A DNA stretch of 64,000 bases, taken from assembly GCA_964188305.1 (NCBI GenBank), contig OZ076895.1. One strand, written 5' to 3'. Positions within the stretch are counted from its first letter, which is position 1. Each line of letters opens with the position of its first letter. Of the stretch, positions 22,401-36,539 are shown in pieces. The DNA comes from Podarcis bocagei. Lineage: Eukaryota. The position numbers and the translations under genes are program-made. Under the pieces are notes generated by a model, which was not told where the DNA came from, did no database searches, and worked only from the letters and a program-made list of their open reading frames with translations.

Positions 22401-23657
22401 AAACACAAAAATTTAAAAAAATTAGTTTCTAGTTTTTCACTTTTTCATGTTATACGGAAGTTGTTGCTACGAAACATATATACTGAAAAATAGCTTTTTA
22501 ACTTTGTTTGCACTGGGTGTGTTTCCGTCCTTAGGTCTACTATGTCGGGAAGGGGCAGGGTTCAAAAGAATTGGGGGTGGGGTGGGAGGGGAAGACTTGA
22601 CGGAGCCTCACTTTAAAAAACAAAAAAAGGAAAAAAAAACACTTTGTGATTGGCTGGTTGATATATACCAGTATGTTCTGGCACATGTAACTGCCCCGTG
22701 TGTGTGTTTCTGTGAGAGCGTGTATGTGAGCATGATTGTGTGCGTGTGTGCGCATTTTTGTCTTGGAAAGCTGCATTGCTGTTGGTCAGCAACCTACCTG
22801 GCTAGATTCTTAAACTGAATAATGATGGTGCCTGTGACTGGTGCAAAATCAAATTGACCTGTGTTAAAATCTGTCGGTGGTATTTTTATTTTAGCAGGGT
22901 ATTCAGCGCAGTACAGATCTTGTTCTGACCCTGTCATAGAGCAAAACACTGCCATATCCTAAGGATTTGGTGAGAGGGTGCCAGTGTGGGAGTTCAGGGT
23001 TTTGAGGGTGGGGAGGGGGGTGATCTGTTTTGCCTAGAAGTGTATTTGTGTCTCTAATGAGACTTTTTGAGTGAACCCAAGCTTACTTTTTATGACAAGG
23101 CCTTTCACCTTTTGGGGGACACCAGGGGGTAATGGGCATCACATTTCTTTGTGACAAAGACCTATGTAATAGTTGAAGCTTCTGCAGTCCTTAAGAACCA
23201 AATCCTGTAGCTATTCCTCAAGTCTGCATACTAAGGTTCTTATCCTTTCATGGAAAATCCACCAAAATTCAGGCCTAACTGTATTTTCTTATGTGGTCTG
23301 CTGTTTGTGACAAAACTAAAATGTCAGTAGTTTGCTGGCCTATCTTGTATTGTGAAAGCACATGCAGCAACTTTTGTTCTCCTTTCTCCACAGTGAGCGT
23401 TACCTGTGCCAGGCCTAGGTGTATTACAGCACCAGACCATCACTGACAGAAACGTTTACTTACGAATGTTCTTAAACCAGTGTGTACTTTGAGCATTTTT
23501 TCTCTGTGTATTTCCTGTGTATGTCTTGCTTAGGCTTTGCTTAGGCAGGCATACAACTAGCAAAGACTTCTTTTGTTTATAAAGTATTGCACCTTTATTA
23601 TTTTTACTTTTCCCTGTACTGTTGCTTTTTATTGTCGGTATTTAAAGAAAGGTTGTA

Positions 23658-23691
<34 letters not shown>

Positions 23692-26600
23692 TTATTTTTT
23701 TAAACAACAGTGTAGTAGTACTCTGGGCAGGATAGGGGAGACCTATACTTAATTCAGAAGATAGCCAGTGTGTGCACTGGGACAGAATTGCTTGTTGTGA
23801 AGAAAGCCGTAGCAAACATTGCCTTTTCACAAAGCAATTTTGAAGATGGGCAGACAAGATAAGAACAGGGAGAAGGAGGCATTATTCTTTGAAGTGCTAG
23901 AACTTAGCTCTGGATTTTTGCTAGCTCTGCATTATACTGAATAACAAAAGTGCTGCAATATTCTGTACCAGCAAATACCTACATAACTCCGGTACTTGGA
24001 AGTAGCAGATCATAATGTACAGGATCACAACAGAAGATTATTTCTCCTTCAGCAGTTTCATTTTTTTAAAAAAAAATCAGTGGTGTCTGCTATATAAGTA
24101 TTGATAGCAAAATTAAAGCAAAAAAATTCCTCACATTTATGTAGAAAGGGAGGAGTTGTGAATTCTGTACATGAACTCGGTTTCACAGGAAGACTAAATA
24201 AGGGGATGACCGCATTTACATCTGCCTGTTATTTTGCTGTGAAGTTGAGTGGTAAACATAGACAGGTGTTGCGTATTTAACCTTCAGAATCTGCAGCATA
24301 TGTGGATCTTTTAAGTGTTTCCCTATTTCTCCCTTTGTCATTGTATCTTGTAAGTTGAAGCAAAATGTTCCCCCCATTCCTGCCAGTTAAGTTTCCCTTG
24401 CAGCCCCTACACATGCCTGCTCCTAAAACAGCTGTATTTGTCTTTGGGGCCTCAGTGTTGAAAGCATGCAGGACAAACTATAATAAAAAAAAGCTCTGAG
24501 CTGGGAGGACATCGGAATACTGCACCTCATGGCCTAGAAAACAGCTATGTGCTCCAATATGTGACTTGACACACAAGCAGGTTCACTACTGTGTTATCAC
24601 TCTCTCCCAACCTGCCCTATGGTCCCTTTGCCTGCACTTTGGATTTGTTGAGTTCATTACGATACTACGGTGAAAGCCGGGTGCTAGAGCCCCTCTTGTT
24701 TACAAGACATAATGAGGGATATGACATATTTAAAAAATGAAAAGCTAAAATGTTCTTCCATCACAAGCTTAAAGGGAAAAAATTAAAAACTTTTTAAAAA
24801 AAGACCAAAAAGTGCGTGTGCATATATAAATATATATATATATAAGATGAAGACTAACTCTGGGAGCATTTAACAGTGTTTTTGTGTTTTAACATTTATT
24901 TTCCTGCTTTAAATTTGCAAGCATTCTCAGGAATTCTAGGGTAGGAAGCCAGTTTTCGAAGATGGTTTATTTAACCTTTACCTTATCCTAGATAGATGGT
25001 TGTTTCTTTCGTAAACTTTTACAAGTTCCTGAATCTTCAAAAAGTTTAAAAGTTTTTTTCTTTACAAAAAGCAAAAAATTTGAAAAACAAAATCTAACTA
25101 ATACAAACTCCAATTGTCAGAACTGGGGATCAACAAAATTTTAAAGTACAAATTGATTACAAAAGAATTCTCAGTAGCAGCAACACAAATTCATTGTATT
25201 CTTAAAAGTCCAAGTTGTGAAAAGATTTATACTTTTAGAGCTTAGTCTCAAGTGGAAGTGCGTGTGCAGATAAGTGGGGGAGAGGATTGCGTATGAATGA
25301 AAGTATAATCATCTAGTTGTTTCACAGTGAACATAAAATCTTCCTCCAAGCACCTTTTTAAAATAAACAGTTAAAAAAGAGTAAAAAAATGCATTTTGAT
25401 TTGACTAAATCCGTCAACCACAGTTAAGAAGAATTGCTGGGAGTACAGGATGGTGCTTCTTGAAACCACTTTTAGATTGACAGTGCTTCAGAGAAGCAGA
25501 ATCTTTATTGTGACCCAGTAATGGAGCTGTTTTAACTTTTACTAATTTTAAAACAGAAAATAGGGAAAGAAGAATGTGGGAGAAATCAGTGAAGTGTACC
25601 TGGGAAAAATGGCTTGGTGTATTTTAATCATTTTGAAGATTTTTTTTTTGTTTGCTTTTTCCATTTATCAACCAGAGATGTGTAAGTGAGAAATTTTGGG
25701 CAGTGGGTTGGAGGTAAGATATATTAACTGCTGCTGCCAGCTACTGGGACTCCCATTCTTAAGAACCAGTTTACTGCAGCTTTTTCCTGGGATGGATAGC
25801 TCAGAGCTTCCAGCACAAAGAGAGAAGGACTTAATGTGCTTGAAGCATTTTTGTTAGAATGAAAATAACAAGCCGCTTTAGTGCCTTTGTAATACATCCT
25901 TGCATCCTACAAAAGACATATGCAGTCTAGTCACTCCAAGGAAACAAATGAACCCATTTTTCTAAAACAAAAAGCATTTCTCTGAGCATGCTGAATAGAA
26001 GCCTCAAAGGCCTGCCGTGCAAAGAGTTACATATAAAATAACGTACATGTAAACATTTTTCTTTGAAATCTAAGGGCAATTTTCATGCATTACTACTTTC
26101 TTGTTTTGAACTACTCTTCAAATAGAAGTGTGAAGTAATGCCTGGTTTTCTGTGACATCAGTTGTGTGTTCTTTAGTTGTGTGTTGCATTGTTTCCCAAA
26201 TTGCACCTTGAAAAAAAATGCATCAACTGATTCCTAGTGTGATAGGCCAGTGAGAGGAGCCCCCTTTTGTTTTTTTAAAGGAAGTTATTTATCTGAACGT
26301 TTTATCAGAGGCTTTGACTTATTTCCCCCTATAATTTTTTTTAAGTCGAAAATTACAAAAGCCTGTTACTTGGCTGACAACTGCTGAAGAAGGTAGAAAG
26401 GTAAATGTGTAACTCTGTCATATTTAAAGCATCCTTTACCTCTCAACATTTCAACCTATGCATATTGAAGTTTGTCATATTTTTGAAGAAGTGAACTAAA
26501 ATATCAATCTTGGCAACCTTCCATCCCTGATGAATACCTGGAATGTTTAATCAGCCCTTTGGACCATAGCAATACAGGTTTCCAAACACCTTTTCTGTTT

Positions 26601-29600
26601 TGAATCTGCTATGTTCTCTGGCCAGTGAGGATGATACTTTTGGGAACTAAGCACTAAACTGTACTTGAGAAAATGTTTTCTGCAGCTGTTTTGTGGGTGG
26701 TGTTACTATATTTTCATGTATGTTCTACACACACACAAAGGCAATAGGTCTCATGGGGTGTTGGAGACCTCTTCAGATTGCCAGAGCACCCTGCGCAGCT
26801 TGAAGCCACGTGTCAAATTTTTTTCTCTCTTATAAAGTTGCTCCCTCCATGAAAAGGAGAAACAGTCCATATCAATGTTTTGTCCTCCTTTTTAGTTGTA
26901 TATTTTAAATGCACATGCCCAACTTAAAAAATAGCCCTATTTTGGTTCTGTTCACTCTTTTAATATATGGCCTATATGAACCTACTGCCAGAACCAGCAT
27001 CTAATTGGATGGGTCTTGCGATAACACCTTTCCTATAATAGTACTATTCCCAGAAAGCTGCTTATTATGCCATGCTGAACCATTCTGGGAAGGTTACAGT
27101 CTTTTCCAGTGCACCCGTATAAAGTGGATAGAGTGAGCTTTTCCTTCAGTCTTGGGTTCCCTTTGTAAAGGAATATGTTAAAAGCATGTTTTTACTCTGC
27201 CACTTAGCCAAAGCAAAACTCTTCACCTTACCTTTGAAAATTTTAAAAATAAATTAGTGAATATAAACAGACAGACATTTCCTGTTTGATTTTCAGTGCA
27301 GGCATTTGAACTGGCAAGTGTAACAAGTATTAACACCTCTTTCTATTCTGTCCTCCACTGCCATGGCAAATGTTACCCGATCTTCACTGTCATCCAAATA
27401 GTAGTGTTCAAATCACTCACCTTTATTTTTTTTATAGTATTGGCTAATTGAGATACTCTGTTCTCCCCTGAGATGGTTCTGTTTAGTTTAGCTGTATTGT
27501 TCCTTCATTATAAATATGCAACAGCAAAAACACTCTGCATATAATACAAATGCTACCCAAAGTGCAGTTAAAATGATGCATTCTGAAATGAATACATGCT
27601 TTCCAAGGCATGCATTGATTGGAGCGATACTGACTGAAGGAAGATGGATAAAATCTATATTACTGGTTTCCCTAATTTTCCACAAAGCTACAGCTGTTCA
27701 TTTGAATGCTGATTAGTCTCCATGTTATGATATGCTAATGATATTGGGAGCATTATGTAGATGGATGATTTGGTAGTAACAGTTACACCTGTTGAATACA
27801 AGGCTTAATCAGCAAAGATGTAATGTTGTTTATTCTTTATTCCAATAATATTTTGCAGATTTTCCTACTGTAGCAATCCCTCTCAAAGATTTAAAACTTT
27901 GCTGATTTTTTAAAAGTATATATTGACTCTGATCCATACAATTTGGTCATACAGTTTTGATCTGTTATGAATTAGTAAATTTCTAAGAAAATTCTGTAGT
28001 GCTCTTAAGGATGGGTGAAAGGAGTAAAATAAACAAATTTTGTGATGAAGATAGCTTTTATCCTCCTTCAGAACATTGCTAAAATGTATACAAACAGTCG
28101 CCAAATTAAAAGGATTATTCCCCTCTTATGCTACAATAGGGAACAAAATTCTAACCTGATCTTCTGGCTGTCAGGCCTCATCAGATGCTAGCAGTTGTCA
28201 GACCAACCTAAGTGCCCTTTAACTGTTCTCCATGGCCATGTCAGATACAGATAAGCAGTTTCACGTGGCTGAGAGGATATTTAACAGGCACCATAGACAT
28301 TACCAAATGTGTGATATGGAACAGTGTCAACATACCTGCTTCTTAAATTTGTGCAGTATGGCATATATTTACAAATTTCTCAGAGACATGGGCCATAGAA
28401 GGATCAAAAGAATCAACCTCAACTAAGAGCCAGTTTCTTCGTGTACTTGGCAGTGGTGATAGCTAGAGTTATATATACCCTTGTCTTTTTTTAAAATGCA
28501 GTTTTTTTAGCCATAGAGTTTGAATGTGTTTTTACTTGAGCCTGACAACCATCCATTTAAACACAAATCCATGTTATTGAAGTTAAAGCATTGTGCCAGG
28601 CAGCCTGTGGGTATATTTTGACATATGATTAGCTGTCCACGGAGCAAAATAAAATAAGAATATGGAGAAATGTTCCATGGATAAACAACACAGTTGGACA
28701 GTGTCGAGCAAGAAGTGGTGTGTTTTTTTAAGCGCTTAGTGCCTCATCTTAGGTAATAGTATGCCAGTTAATGCATTCAAAGAACTAAAGTTCCTCATTT
28801 CTTACCATGTTTTAATCAGAGAAAATAAATGCATATTGTCTTTCTGTATTAGAAAATGCAGCGGTTAATTGAGTCCTCCTTATAAAGATTGCTTTGCTTG
28901 CTGGATAATAATTTTTGTGGCATGGTTGTGAATATCAAGTGCTTTTCTTCTCCTTCCTTATCCCAGCCAGACTGGCTCACCCTCCTTTTATATTAAGTGC
29001 TGAGTGCTTTGAGGTTTGGGTGGGAAGGGGCAGGGCATAAAGGAAATAAAGGGAGCCAAGTTAGAGCAGCCTTACTTTAGGGAGTAGCCTTACAACAGAG
29101 CTTTATAGTGAGGGTGTGCTGTATTCCAAATTGTGTAAGCCAAAAATGAAAAAAAAAACATTTATGCAAAAAGAGGCGTTAACTTCTTAACATAATATGT
29201 ACCTTCTGAAGGTAGAATAGGGTCTCATGAAGTGATACATTGTGATGCTTCTTGCTGGGTCAGTAGGTATGGGATTTGGGATATAAGCGCTTAACATTCC
29301 CTTGTGGGGGTTTTTAGGGTTGTGTTTTGTTTTTAGTTTTGAACAAGCAGTAAGTTAAATGTGGTATCTCTGAATGTGCCTTTGTGAGTATGTGACTGTC
29401 AGTCCGAGAAGACTACTTGGGCTTGACAGGGGGAGATGATAGTCAGTTTATTCTCTCTAAAGGTCAAATGCAAAGATTCCAGCCTGCTGGTACCTTTTGA
29501 CAAACAGTGTCTTTTTTGGGGGCTGGTCTCTAAGCTGCGCAGTATGCAGTTGTGTGTGGCAGATGCATCCAGGTGTGGATGGGTTGTAATTCACATGTTG

Positions 29601-31544
29601 ACATTTTTAGGCTAGTGCTCCGTTGCTGGTTGAATTCGTATATGTATTATGTACCTATTACATTTGTGTATGTGGCTTGCTTTAACTTTTTTTTTTTTTA
29701 AGCACTGGAAAATGAAACGCAGTGATGTTTGAGACACATTTATGCATGTAGAGAAGAAGGTATTTTGTAGCTTCTGCCATTCTTGGGTGTAGGCACACTT
29801 TTGCCCTCTATCAGTGTCCTGATAATAGAAAAAAAGAAATCTACCCTATAACTTCTAGCACACTTATTGTTGCCATTTAAATGAACAGGGTATTACACAA
29901 GAAAATAAGATGTTTTTGAAATGGTGAGGAAGAAGTGTTGTTTTTTAATCAAAAAGTAATTCTTGGTTTCTTTGAAGCTGTTTGTAGCTAAACATGGGAA
30001 TCTGCAGTGTCTACTTTCATTTGTTTTTGTTTTTTTTCATATATATTCCACCTCTTCTTCTCCCCACCTCAAATGCAAGGTGTACAAAATCAAGAGCTGC
30101 TGTAGCACCTCTCAGCAACCTTCCCAAATGAAAGCTCTAGCAGGCTCTCTTCATCTCCATTCAGGAAGACAAAGGGAGGAGAGATGCTGCAGCTTTCTTG
30201 CTTCGCTCTCATTCCTCTCTAATGGCCTTGAAATGTATTATTATGCAAATGTGAATTTTGATACTGAACTTTAAGAAGAGGTTGTTTCTTTTTCAAACAA
30301 AAAAAAGGTCCCATATGTGGTCAGCATTGCTTCTTTTTCTTGTAAGTGAATTGTAAACTATGCATTCAGCAAGAGATGGTTTGGGGGAGGAAAAGAGAGT
30401 CCTGCGAAACTGTTGAAAATGTTTCTGTGTCCATTGAATTCCAACACTGATGTAGGAGGAAAGAGGTTCATGTCATGGGAGGACTTAATGGAACCCATCT
30501 CTTCTGAGAAGTTGACTTATTTGATTGCCAGGCAGATTTGTTTTTGGAGGGAATTAAAATCAACTTCAGAAATGAAGTAATGTCTGCCTATTTCACAGGA
30601 CTGTGCTTTCTTGCCATGCAGTGTTAGACCAGGATCAGCAGCATGACACAAAACAGCCCAAGGAGAGAATTTATCTACATAGCACCTCCTCCATTTGTTC
30701 AACCTCAGGAAATGGCACCTCATGCACTGTCTTTAAGGATTTACTCCAAAGCTTGTTCTCCTTTACAACTGCCCTTGTTCCTCAGGAGAATTACAATGTG
30801 GCTTTTCCTTGCATGCATTTCCAAAAACTCTGTCCTAAAAGTTTCTACCAATTCCCATCGCAGATGAAACATAAAATAGCAATGCCAGCTTGGAACTGCT
30901 GTAGAATATATACTGCACTGGCATTAGTCAATTCCTTGTCTTCTAATGTTCATCAGAACTGTTCAAGGAAGACGGCATGTTAGTCACCATCTGTGACTTA
31001 TTTGAGCTAATACTACCACTAATAAAATGGAGGCGAGTGATAGAGACTAGAAGAGGAAATTTATATGGATTCTTTTGCTGGCAAGAAGCTGCTTTGAAAG
31101 GAGAAAGATTTCACTTCCTTACTTTCCGAATGTAGAGGCTGCTTCCCATGTTAATGGAGGTGTGTTTCCTTTACAAGTCTCCCTTGGGTGTTGTGAACTG
31201 TGGTATCTGCCTCATTTCACCTTGGCATCATCATAGCCAAGAAATTCTCCTACCTATAATTCAGTGTTTTTTTCTCACACAGCAATTTTTTGTTGGTGTT
31301 CACAGTACTGTAATGAATAATAAATAGCCTTGACCGCTCATTCTCACATGCATACTGGCCTTGCAGATGTGATCTTATCAGGATTCTTATCTGGTAGATT
31401 GCCTTTTTTGTTGTTGTTTGTTGAAGGGGAAAAGTTTCCAGCTCTTTGTCTCAGAATACCTCGTGGTGCATATTTACCTTTAGTGTAACTGGCCTTGTAT
31501 ATATTCTCTTTCATACTTAGTGAGATTATACTGTTCCTACATTT

Positions 31545-31778
31545 GTCCTAGTGGTTTGAAGACTGGATCATGAGGCTGAAACTCCTGAGTTCTAATCCTG
31601 GCCTTTACTCTTCCCTCTTTTTGCCTTAGGCAAGAGTCATTTAACCTTTGCCTCAGTTTCCCCATCTGTAAAATGGGGATAATAATACTTACCTACCTCA
31701 CAGGGGTTTTGTGAGGATTGACTACAGGTTTTTGTGAAGTGCTTCAAAGAAAAAGTACTTTTTATAAGTATTATTATA
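31545..31778 (+). mobile_element. Ancient MIR/CORE-type SINE in the TNRC6B 3' UTR
   Basis: CORE motif cctcagtttccccatctgtaaaatggggataataatacttacctacctcacagggg...tgtgaggatt at 31651-31719; B-box-like gagttctaatcc upstream; tattattat tail. Confidence 0.88.
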
Positions 31779-33854
31779 TGGAGGTGTAACTAGCAGGCTA
31801 CCTCCTTTCCCAGTCTTAGACGTACATCTCAGGGATGTGCAAAGAGGAAATAGGAGAGGAAACAGTGTATTTTATTTTTTACCTGTTAAGCCATCAAATA
31901 CTTTAAACTACTTTTAACAAGAAGGAAGGAACTAAAGAGCTGAACTATTCACAAATCTCCCTTGAGTTCCACATATAGCATACAGAAAAGCCAGTCTTTT
32001 AACAGACACATTTTAAAAATAAAGTACACTTCCTCTTGAATTGGAATATGTAAAGTTTGCCATCTTTTGTATGTCCCCCTTTTAATTAGGCATGGACTTT
32101 TTTGTTAGATTAACAATGGCAGCACATCTGCTGCATTTGGGAAAGGAGACATTGCTGTGTAGTTTATATGAGTTCTGTAAAACGACAATATTTGTCAAGT
32201 TGTTGGCTTAAAGATGGGGACACTATCCAAATTTGCTTTCCTGTTTGTGTGTTAAACATATGCTGCCTCATTCCCAATATACACAAGCCATTGTATGCCA
32301 ATAAAACATGGAAACACAGTAATGTTCATTAATAAGAGCTGCTTGTGAATATGCCTTACAGCCTTCTCAAAATCTTTGGGAGGAGGGGTGGAATAAGAGG
32401 TTTGGGGTAAATTCCATAGTTAGGGAGTCTTTGCTGCTTCCTCCCTTTTCTGATCTATTATGGACACCATTCTCTCTTCAATCTTAGACGTGCATCTCAG
32501 GGATGTGCATATTGAGCCCAGCATTCGGATCTTGGAAAACCTAAGATTTGGTTCCATTCTATATTTGAAGTCTCTATATTGGACACTCCCTTAATCCTTT
32601 TCATCCTTTACTCCCCAAGGAGCAGCTCTGTCCACAACTGTTAGGTGATTAAAAGCTCTACAGTGATCAAATTCAACATGATGCAGGTGTATTTGTATCT
32701 GTATCTCTCTGGTTTTTTTTGTGTGTGTAGATACATGCATACATATACGAATGCTCACTCATGATTCCACCTTCCACTAGTTGGGGCAAGAAAACTGAAG
32801 TGCAGATCACCTAACAAAAGCAAACAGCAGCTTTGCTCTGCTAATACATATGCACTGCTTCCTTTAAAACAACTTTTTTTTTTTTTTGAGGGAGGGATGA
32901 AAAAAGCAGTGGAGTTTAGAACTACTTTAGCATCCACTGGTTAGACAGAGACTTGAAATGCTGCTTTAATTTCAGAGCTCCTATGGGGCTATGTTTACAA
33001 AGAACTGATCAGGAAAATGACCAATTGTGGATATCCAACTTAGTGAATTATGCTTCATTTCTGGTGAGCAAGCCATGTAGTGGAAAATGTCTTAATGGAA
33101 AATGAAAGAAGTTTAACTCCACCTAGCCTTATTTGTGAAGTAAACAATATTTTATGTCCAAAACATCTTGATTAGAAAAGGCAGCTTTTCTACTTTGCAC
33201 ATAAATAGGTAATACGAAGGTACAGCTGAAATGCTATTGCCTGAAACACTGCCCCTTCCCCCAAGCAGGCATAATAGTGGATACATGTATTGAGGCTCTT
33301 TGCAAAGATACCTATTAGTATTTTTCCTTATACTTGAAATAACGTACCCATCTCTATTTGTCAGTTGGGCATCCAAGAAGGGTGGAATAGTGGAAAATAG
33401 GAAAAGGCACAATGTGTTTTCATGCTAGAGTTTGCTTAGTTCTCTCCCCTCCCCCATAGTGCTTTTATTTCAGCTTACTTTCTATCCTAGGAATTCACAT
33501 GGACACAGAAACACAGCACTTTATGTGCTCTTGCATGGCATGCTGCCCTCCCCTTCTCCCTCTCTTCTCTATTTTTATTTTAGTATAGTGGTACTTAAAA
33601 TCACTGTTTCACTTAAAAAGACAATAAAATGTTTAAACTCTACTAATGTACAAATAAGCTGAAATGTTGCATTTATGTGTATTTTGCCATAGCAGGTACT
33701 GTATTTCTCATGCTGGATTTCAAACCAACAAAAGGGTGATGTTTTATTGGAGTGTGACAAGTTGAGAGTAATAAGGAATTAAGTCGTCGTCATTTCATTG
33801 AAATTGAGAGATGGTGTAATACATATTACGTTTTCTGAAGGTTTTTGTTTTTTT

Positions 33855-34021
33855 NNNNNNNNNNNNNNNNNNNNNNNNNNNNNNNNNNNNNNNNNNNNNN
33901 NNNNNNNNNNNNNNNNNNNNNNNNNNNNNNNNNNNNNNNNNNNNNNNNNNNNNNNNNNNNNNNNNNNNNNNNNNNNNNNNNNNNNNNNNNNNNNNNNNNN
34001 NNNNNNNNNNNNNNNNNNNNN
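33855..34021. other. Assembly gap (N run)
   Basis: N bases. Confidence 1.
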
Positions 34022-35417
34022 TGTCAATTTATTTTCGTTTGTTGATTTGGTCTATAAAATGCAGTTGTTAACTATAATTTCTTGGCTGTGCATTTTCCCT
34101 TCAGGAATTCATACTCACTATTTACACAGTCTTGCAGCAATAAACTATTGGTAGTTTATTATTTTTATCTTTAGTATCTCCTCAGTCATGTAAATAATTG
34201 TGCACACACATTTTTCCTAGGTTTGGAGGCAGCTATTTTTATTGAGAAATGGCATCTTGGCTTATCACAATAGCACATTGTTATTCTGGTATCAGAGAAC
34301 ATTCAAGGGTTCTAGAATCTGATTGAGCTTTACTGGTTACCAAGGAAACCAGACAGATGGACAGTTGTCAAACCTACTTGTCAACTCTCAGATATCTGTG
34401 CAGGCTGGGCAAACTACAAGCATTATTTAGCAGAAAGATGTGAATCCCTTGATATCTTTGTTTGTTATACATTGGAGGAGGAAAGCTCAAATCCATACTG
34501 GAATCCAAATGAACTGGGAATTCAGCAACGCCCAAAATAACTTACTTTAGCTATGTGAGAGCTCACAAGGTGGCTAGGAAAGTCCCTTCTCCCCCTGTCC
34601 ATGCCACCCACACTGAAGATATTTTTCTTGATGGTACATTATAGTATATTCAGGGTAGCATATGGGTTATCATCTTCCTTGTTCTTCAACACAATACACG
34701 TTGAACACGACAATGCTTGTTTCTTCTAACAAAGGGTTTGTATTTCAAAACACTGCTCCAAGCAAGCTATTATTCACCAGTGGGGGAAAGTATGCAAAGC
34801 TAGTGTGATGTAGTTGCTAGAGTCCAATATAAACCTGCACTCTGATGTGACACTCATTAGGTACTCCTGAGCAAGTCAGATCTGTGACAGCAAAAATTGT
34901 TGCTTTAATCTCCTTGGAGAAACAAAAGGTTACAAATCTGTTATGATGAATCTGCTGTTGACATAACAAGGTCATATAAGTGATGTCAGTTGTCAAGGAA
35001 TGGCCACATCAGAAGACAAGTTATGAACAGCACACTTTCATAGCTCTGGAAACAAAATTACCTAAGATTCAGAATCCTAGATAATGTACTGAACTTGCTG
35101 AATCCTTGAAAATAACTGCCGTATAAAATCACTGGAATCAAAAGTGCAACAGATTTGCAAAGAGACTGATACACGATAATTATTTTCCTGCATCAGATAA
35201 AGGTCTGACTTGTATGGGATTTGGTTTCCAGCAGCGACCAACCAGCTGCTTCTGGAAGCTTCCAAGCAAAGCGGGTGATGGGTCATATTTTGTATCTTGT
35301 ACTCAGAAGTGTAGTGTGACCACTTACAGATACTTTCTGTATAGCTATAATGGCAAATAACTGATTTGACCTACACACAAATTGTCTCATTCTGCTCTTA
35401 AGCCATCTAAGCTAGTA

Positions 35418-35777
35418 AAGGTAAAGGACCCCTGACAGTTAAGTCCAGTCGCGGACAACTCTGGGGTTGCGGCGCTCATCTCGCTTTACTGGCCGAGGGA
35501 CCCAATGTTTGTCCACAGACAGTTTTTCCGGGTCATGTGGCCAGCATGACTAAGCCGCTTCTGGCGAAACCAGAGCAGCGCATGGAAACGCCGTTTACCT
35601 TCCTGCTGGAGCAGTACCTATTTATCTACTTGCACTTTGAGGTGCTTTCGAACTGCTAGGTTGACAGGAGCTGGGATTGAGCAACGGGATCTCACCCCAT
35701 TGTTGGGATTCAAACCACCGACCTTCCGATCAGCAAGCCCTAGGCTCAGTGGTTTAGACCACTGCCACCCGCGTCCC
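35418..35777 (-). mobile_element. Sauria SINE, full length
   Basis: Head gggacgcgggtggc on minus strand, (ACCTTT)n tail, TSD atctaagctagta on both sides. Confidence 0.93.
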
Positions 35778-36539
35778 ATCTAAGCTAGTAGTCCTCACCA
35801 TAACTCATGGCAGTAAACTCCACAAGTTTATTTTGCTATGTGAAGTACTTCCTTTGGCCTTCTGTGAATTTAATGCAAATCTGTTCCTGCAAAGGAATGT
35901 CCAAGTTCTACTGTAACGACATTTCTGTTATCAGTCCGTCCACACTACATATGTTAATAAACATATGCAAAGGCAACTCATACAGATACTACTTAAAATC
36001 TAATCTCTCGGGCCTTTGCTTACATGGAAGATTCTCTTATCTCTTGCTGATTTTAGCTACCCCCTTATAAATTATTATCTATTTGCAAATGTAACAAGGA
36101 AAGGAAAAAAAGATAAAAGCAAACAAGGTAAATTAAAGTTGAAGAAAGAAAAGGGAAAAAATAGTATACAAATAATACTAAAATCAACGGTAGATCACCA
36201 TTGGTACACAAATCTTAAACATGCAAGTTAATACATAAGTGCTCCAGATATCCACACAAAGTTGGGGCAGTGAGATCTTAAGACCATTTTGTAATAGACC
36301 CATGTCTAATTCTTCCAACTCCATCATAAACTGGGGCAAGCAATATTCAAAGCAGGACCACACCATACTTTATATTTTCTTTTAAAAAATAGGGAAATGC
36401 CAGGCGTTCCCCACTAGCTTATATAAAGGAATCGATGTATTCATTATTCCTAACCATCCCTAACACGGAATATGCGTCCCCTAACCCCACGGCAACAATG
36501 GAAGCTATTTTCAGTAAGAATTTTGCCGAGACCCCTCAA

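Larger units (their letters stand above)
22100..34165 (+). other. TNRC6B: Long (~12 kb) TNRC6B 3' UTR; end approximate
   Basis: AU/U-rich, no exons, almost no young transposons; AATAAA at 33623 and 34139, the latter followed by a U-rich tract; mammalian TNRC6B is known to have a similarly long UTR. Confidence 0.65.

Noticed and set aside
22152-22432. ORFs spanning N runs (also 33779-34154)
   Set aside because: Artefacts of assembly gaps.
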